A stretch of 63,628 nucleotides of DNA, filler included, from Olpidium bornovanus S191 (lineage: Eukaryota; Fungi; Olpidiomycota): assembly GCA_017911155.1 (NCBI GenBank). It is 31 parts of 31 records of this genome, joined end to end, with 100 filler letters (N's around TTAATTAATTAA, not from the genome) between each part and the next. Parts side by side here need not be neighbours in the genome. Positions count along the whole stretch, not along the records: positions 58,658 to 60,057 come from JAEFCI010000988.1; positions 60,158 to 61,362 come from JAEFCI010012456.1; positions 61,463 to 63,628 come from JAEFCI010008906.1; 28 more parts are not named here. The stretch is one strand, 5' to 3'. The notes under the pieces are model-generated. The model was not told where the DNA came from and searched no databases. It saw only the letters and a program-made list of their open reading frames with translations. Each line of letters begins with the position of its first letter. The first letter of the stretch is position 1. The position numbers were made by a program, and so were the translations under genes. Shown here piece after piece: positions 58,658-63,628 of the stretch.

Positions 58658-60057
58658 CATGTGCACCCGTGGATCGCCATTTGGGACGACCACGAGTTCA
58701 GTGATAAGTGGGTTTGGTTTTCTTTCTTTTTTTGTTTTTTTTTTTTTTGTTTTGCGCGGGAGCTATGCGGTTTCTTTCGCGCCTAGAATTTTTTTCTGGT
58801 GTGCGGTGCGACTTTCGGGAAAGCATTTACTCACTCGCAAAAACGCGACCTTCCCTCCCGCCCTTCCTGCCCATCGGCTCCTTCTCTTTTTCTTTCTCTT
58901 TTTTTCCCCCCGTCTTCCGCGCAGTGCGTTCAGGTGTGAGCGTTTTGCTTTTCAATCGACTTTCTCTTTATTTTTTAGTTTCGTGAACTTTCGGAGCCGC
59001 CGCGGTTTTTGTTTTTTAATTATTATCATTATTTTTTTTTTGGTTTCAGAGAAGGATCCCAAAACCACAACCCCGCTCTCGATGGGGACTGGTCCGCGAG
59101 GCGCGACGCGGCGATGCAGTAAGCGGACCACCCCGCTGCCGCCAGTCGGAAGTTTTTTTTGAGGGAGAAATGCGGCCCAGGACCGACCGCTGAACGTCTC
59201 CTCTGCGTGCCTTTTTTTTTCTTCCAAGGGCGTATTTTGAGTACATGCCGATCCGCCAGGTCCGGATGGACATGTTCCAGAAGATCTACAGGTCCTTCTC
59301 ATTCGGGACGCTGTTTGACCTGATCATGTTGGACACGAGGATGGCCGACAGGGACAAGCCCGTAAGTCTCTTATGCGGGGCGGGGTGAATGTTCCTCGGG
59401 ACATCTCGAAAACTTTCCTTTTGGGGAGGGGCAACGAATTTTTTTATTTTTTTATCTTTTTTTTTTGTGCCCTGCGGATTGTTAAAATCTCCGCCCGACT
59501 TCCGTGGTCACCCCAGGGCGCGAAAGGAAAAGACAAAAACGACGAAAACCGCACCATGTTAGGGCCGACCCAGATAGAGTGGTTGCAAGGCGAGCTGACG
59601 AAGTCGACGAGGCGTGGCGCGCCCTGGCGCCTCATCGGCAACCAGGTCCTGTTTTCCGAAGTCGTCGGGCTGAAGGCGGACACCTGGTCCAATTACCCGG
59701 CAGAAAGGAATCGCGTGATGGACTTCATCGCAAACGAAAAGATCGACAACCCCGTCTTCCTAACCGGCGACGTTCACATCAGGTAGGCCCCCCCCCTCCT
59801 TCCCCCCATTTTTTTTGGGAGAAAAGTGTCTGCGCATCTCTTTTTGTCACGGGGCTTTCTTTTTCGGCTGACCAACCGCCACCGGCCCTCCTATGCTCAT
59901 TCGTTTTCTTCCTCTGCTGTCTCTCTTCAGTCTCGGCATGGACGTGGCCCCTCACCCGTTCAATCTTCGTAAGTACCATCCCTGGAACGGAAAGGGTTCG
60001 GTGGCCGTGGAGTTCGTGACGCCGGCCATCACTGCCTCGAGCGTCGAGAACAAAATC
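58658..60057 (+). CDS. phoD: PhoD-family alkaline phosphatase, internal exons
   Basis: HPWIAIWDDHEFSD/...DGDWSARRDAAM/AYFEYMPIR...IYRSFSFGTLFDLIMLDTR/...RTMLGPTQIEWL...WRLIGNQVLF...DTWSNYPAERNRV...VFLTGDVHI/...AVEFVTPAITA; spliceosomal introns present. Confidence 0.92.
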
Positions 60058-60237
60058 NNNNNNNNNNNNNNNNNNNNNNNNNNNNNNNNNNNNNNNNNNN
60101 NTTAATTAATTAANNNNNNNNNNNNNNNNNNNNNNNNNNNNNNNNNNNNNNNNNNNNAAAAAAAAAGATCGGCGGCACCGAAAAAAAAAAAAAGGGGGGG
60201 GGAAAGGGGGAAAAGGGGGGGGGGGAAAGGGGGAAAA

Positions 60238-60268
<31 letters not shown>

Positions 60269-60500
60269 GGGGGTTGCGGTAGACGCGGACCGCACGTCAT
60301 TCGAAAGGCGCGAACGGGAGATTTGGAAAAGGACGTGCGAAATAAATGCAGCATTATGTATGACTGGTGGCGCTGCCGTTATGAAAGCGTAACGTTTCAT
60401 CCGAACGTAGACGACGTGAGCTTTTTTCTTTTTTTTTTTTTTTTTTTGGAATTTCTTGAATTTTGGAAATAAAATAAAATAGAAATGAAAACCAAACAAG

Positions 60501-61215
60501 TCAAATCTGCTCGTTCCCCACCGAGCAGTTCACCACGACGTTGGTTTTCGGCACGGACTCGGCAACCCAAGCCGGCACGTATCTCTCGATGACCTCCACC
60601 TCCCGCGTGTCAGGGTTCTTCCAGCTCCCCGCCTCCTCGACGCTTCTGGCGTCGAGCAGCACCGGCTCGCCGCTCTTGGCCCGGTCGGCAATCGCCTTGA
60701 TCAGTTCCGAGTTGGCCGACGTTTCGTAATCCGTGCGGGCGGAGTTCGACATGAGCTGCTTGACTTGCGACGGGTTGAGCAGGTGACACGCCTCGAGCAC
60801 GGTGTCGGCGTCTGCGGCAGTGACGTTCTGCAGTTGCAGCAGCTTGGCGGCGTGCATCAGCCGTTGCAGATGCACGGCTCCGTCGGCCTGCCCGTGCTCC
60901 TTGCACCAGGCTTCGATGCGGCTCAAGTTATATTGGATTTGAATCCCTGGCGGCGGTTTCACACATTGAAAATCGTGGCGTGAACAACGCCCGCTTCGGT
61001 TCGTAACGCCCTCGCTCACCCCGAGTCTTTAGTTAGGCATAGGTAGGTCGGCTTACCTCGCTTCCAGGAGCAGAAGCCCTTCCTCATTAAAAGGTGGTTG
61101 AAAGCAGTCAACTCAGTCAGCATCAACATTTCAATGATGACTTGCTTGATGAGGACTCCGTCAACGTGGAAGCACTGAAAGAGTAGACGGCCCGGTTGGT
61201 TGCGACAGTTGCCAG
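60501..61215 (-). CDS. MYO2: Class V myosin (Myo2) C-terminal dilute/cargo-binding domain
   Basis: TAFNHLLMRKGFCSWKR/GIQIQYNLSRIEAWCKEHG...HLQRLMHAAKLLQL...LNPSQVKQLMSN..RTDYE; intron 61056-60947. Confidence 0.88.
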
Positions 61216-61217
61216 TT

Positions 61218-61253
<36 letters not shown>

Positions 61254-62451
61254 GGGAAACAACGCCCGGGGACACCCCCCCCGGATTTCTCCCCCCACCC
61301 TCGTTTTTTTACATTTTGTGGCGGGAACACAAAAAACGCCACCACTCTTTTTGGCGAAAAGANNNNNNNNNNNNNNNNNNNNNNNNNNNNNNNNNNNNNN
61401 NNNNNNTTAATTAATTAANNNNNNNNNNNNNNNNNNNNNNNNNNNNNNNNNNNNNNNNNNNNCCATGTACCAATAATAAATCATTCGGTTCGGCAGACCT
61501 CGTCCCACTGGAATTTCTGGGCAACATTAACGACGCCGCGGAAGTGCACCGCCGGTCAGTCGCCAGTCTGCAGCGTCTGCAAAAGGTGAATGAGGGGATT
61601 CCCGCCCCGTTTTCCCTCTGCAAACTGTACTTACAAACGCCCGCAGAGCCGAACACTCACCGTTCCTGTTCCCCTCTTCCTCCTCCGCAATATGAAACAA
61701 CAAAAAAAGAACGTGATCAACGTCTCTGAAAAACTCGCGAGGGCAGATACGGTACTCCGGGATGAGTTTTGTTCTCGGTAAAAAAAAAACGGGCTTTATT
61801 TATTTCGAAAGTCCGCCAACCCAACCCGCTGCTGAAAAACGTACAGGACTTCAACTTAAATCCCCCCTCCGGGGTGTGGGGGGCAAACGAGTTCTTGGAT
61901 GGGGGAGGGAAGGAGGGGTCCGGGAGGAACCGTGTCCGACTTTTTATTTGCGGCGGTTGGTTTGGCGGTGGTTGCTCTGGTTGCGGGAGGTTATGTCGGC
62001 CAGAGATCGACGCTTTTTGGCACGGCGGGAAGTGGTGGAGGGGTGTTTTTCAGGTGAGTCGGCGGAAGGAGGGAAGGGAATAGTTACGTGGAAAGGAGCG
62101 CGCGTGCCATGTGTGTGCGCTCCTTACGCCGCGAGAGTGGGGCGACGGAACCGATCAAGGGGAAGGGGTCTGCCCCTTGGTGAATCCTCGGATTTCAGGA
62201 GATGGGAGGCCGGAGTGTACGTTTTTGAGTCAATTTTGGATGGCATAACCGATGGTAAGATATATTCTCCCTCTTCCCCAAAGAGCGAGCCAAAATAAAT
62301 TACGTGAAATTCTTCTGTTCGTGACTCCGTTGTTCCGGGCGAGCCGGATCGACGCTGCGACTCAACCGTCTTTTTTTTTGCCTTGGCTTGTAGTTGAATG
62401 TGTCGCAACGCCATCCGCGTATCTTTTCTCTTTCTCCCCTCTCCTCCTCCA

Positions 62452-63162
62452 TCATTTCCGGCAGGATCCAAGGTCGGGCATCATCCTGACCTCCCTGCCT
62501 TCGTTCATCGCGTGGACGCGCAAGGGCTCGAACACCGACAGGGCCCGAATGCTGTCGGGCGCCGCCTTCTTCCCCGTCACCCAATAGTAGATATCCCAGT
62601 CCGGCTGGTCGAGGAGAGCGTCGTAGTCGGCCAACTCCTGCTCGGACATGCCCCCCAGGTACCTGGACGCGAACGTCGACAGCAGGAGGTCGCTTTCGAG
62701 GATGCCGCGCTTCCGGCTCTACGTCCCCCACCACGGGCGCGCGGACGTGACGAAAATGGATCGAAATAAAAAAGAAGAAAAGGAAACAGAAAAAAAGGAC
62801 AGAGAAACGAGAGTCGCCCCCCCCCTTCCCCAAAAAAAAAGTTCTGCGCCGGGGGCGCGAGGTGGAATGGGAAGGACACGCAGGCGAACACACACCTGGT
62901 AGGCCAGGCGCGCCCGCTTCCGCTCGACCGGTTCGCCGGGCCTTGGAACGGGCGGGATGTTCTCGTACGGCGGCGGCGACGGCGGCTGCGACGACGCTCG
63001 GGAGGAAAAAGGTGCGCCGGTGTAGAAGAGGAAGCACGGATGGACGCGGACCCCCGGCGAAGTCCACCGTTGCTGCTGGTGCGCCGCCGAGCTGCCGCAC
63101 CTGACGGGCAGCTCGCCGGACCGGCGGCAGCAGCAGAAGCGCGAGGTCGCTCGTGCGAGCAT
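62452..63162 (-). CDS. SDHAF2: Succinate dehydrogenase assembly factor 2 (Sdh5/Emi5)
   Basis: Arg-rich presequence, then EPVERKRARLAYQ/SRKRGILESDLLLSTFASRYLGGMSEQELADYDALLDQPDWDIYYWVT; intron 62895-62719. Confidence 0.93.
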
Positions 63163-63628
63163 TTTTTTTTTTCCTTTTTTTTTGTTGCCCGCGTGGAAAC
63201 CGCGCGAAGAAGTGGCGGCGGGGAGGGCCGGTGGCACCGCCAGGTAGGTTGCGTGCCGTGGGACCCCACACGCCACCGGACCCCACACGCCACCTCGAAA
63301 ACACCGGACACCCACGGACAAGAGCCAGTTGCGAAAAAGCCAGATGCACGGTTTGGAACAAATCTCGTTTATTTATTTTTTTTTTTTTTTCCTCGGGGTT
63401 TCTGGGCTTCACCCGGCTGTTGACCAAATTTTGTTTCTTTTTTATTTCACACATCAGTCAACGCGATTCATTTCAGCGGCATGTTATACGCTCTGCGGTG
63501 CCGTGTGGTGCTTACAGATATCTGCTGCCCCAGCTGGGCCAGTTTGGGTAAGGGTAGCTCTATTCTGTAAACTGGTCGGGTCGGGTACGGGCCAAGCAGC
63601 ACTTGGGAGGGCAGAGGAGTAAGGGGGG

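Noticed and set aside
61463-62298. Possible spliced plus-strand gene converging on SDHAF2
   Set aside because: Some exon-like pieces (FLGNINDAAEVHRRSVASLQRLQK; NVINVSEKLARADTVLRDEF), but no consistent model or recognisable family.

Overview
This is not one continuous locus. It is 31 short contigs (about 1.0-4.2 kb) joined by 30 artificial 100-nt spacers (N44-TTAATTAATTAA-N44), so gene order across spacers carries no meaning. The DNA is GC-rich, intron-rich eukaryotic nuclear sequence from a flagellated (zoosporic) early-diverging fungus. Fungal-type genes (Mbp1/Res APSES-ankyrin, Dma1, Myo2, Ypp1, Cwc2) occur together with motile-cilium genes (DNAAF2/kintoun, IFT46, a CFAP20DC-like C-terminus). 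The fragmented, homopolymer-rich style suggests an Olpidium-like draft genome, but that is inference. Housekeeping fragments: RPL5, type II NADH dehydrogenase, CBP80, PARN, NDOR1, MPP-alpha, MARK/KIN1 kinase, DBP10, PhoD and SDHAF2. Mobile elements: many Ty1/Copia and Ty3/Gypsy relics and one DIRS relic. The two most notable protein hits are a CatSper-beta (sperm Ca2+ channel auxiliary subunit) homolog at 2874-4721 and an intronless jacalin-plus-aerolysin (natterin-like Dln1/Aep1) pore-forming toxin homolog at 41182-41943. Other points of interest: short LTRs primed by half-tRNAiMet and followed by GC-rich tandem arrays, a DIRS relic with a Dam-like methyltransferase domain, and strong enrichment of CATG at contig ends. 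All homology calls come from motif recognition by eye, not from database searches.
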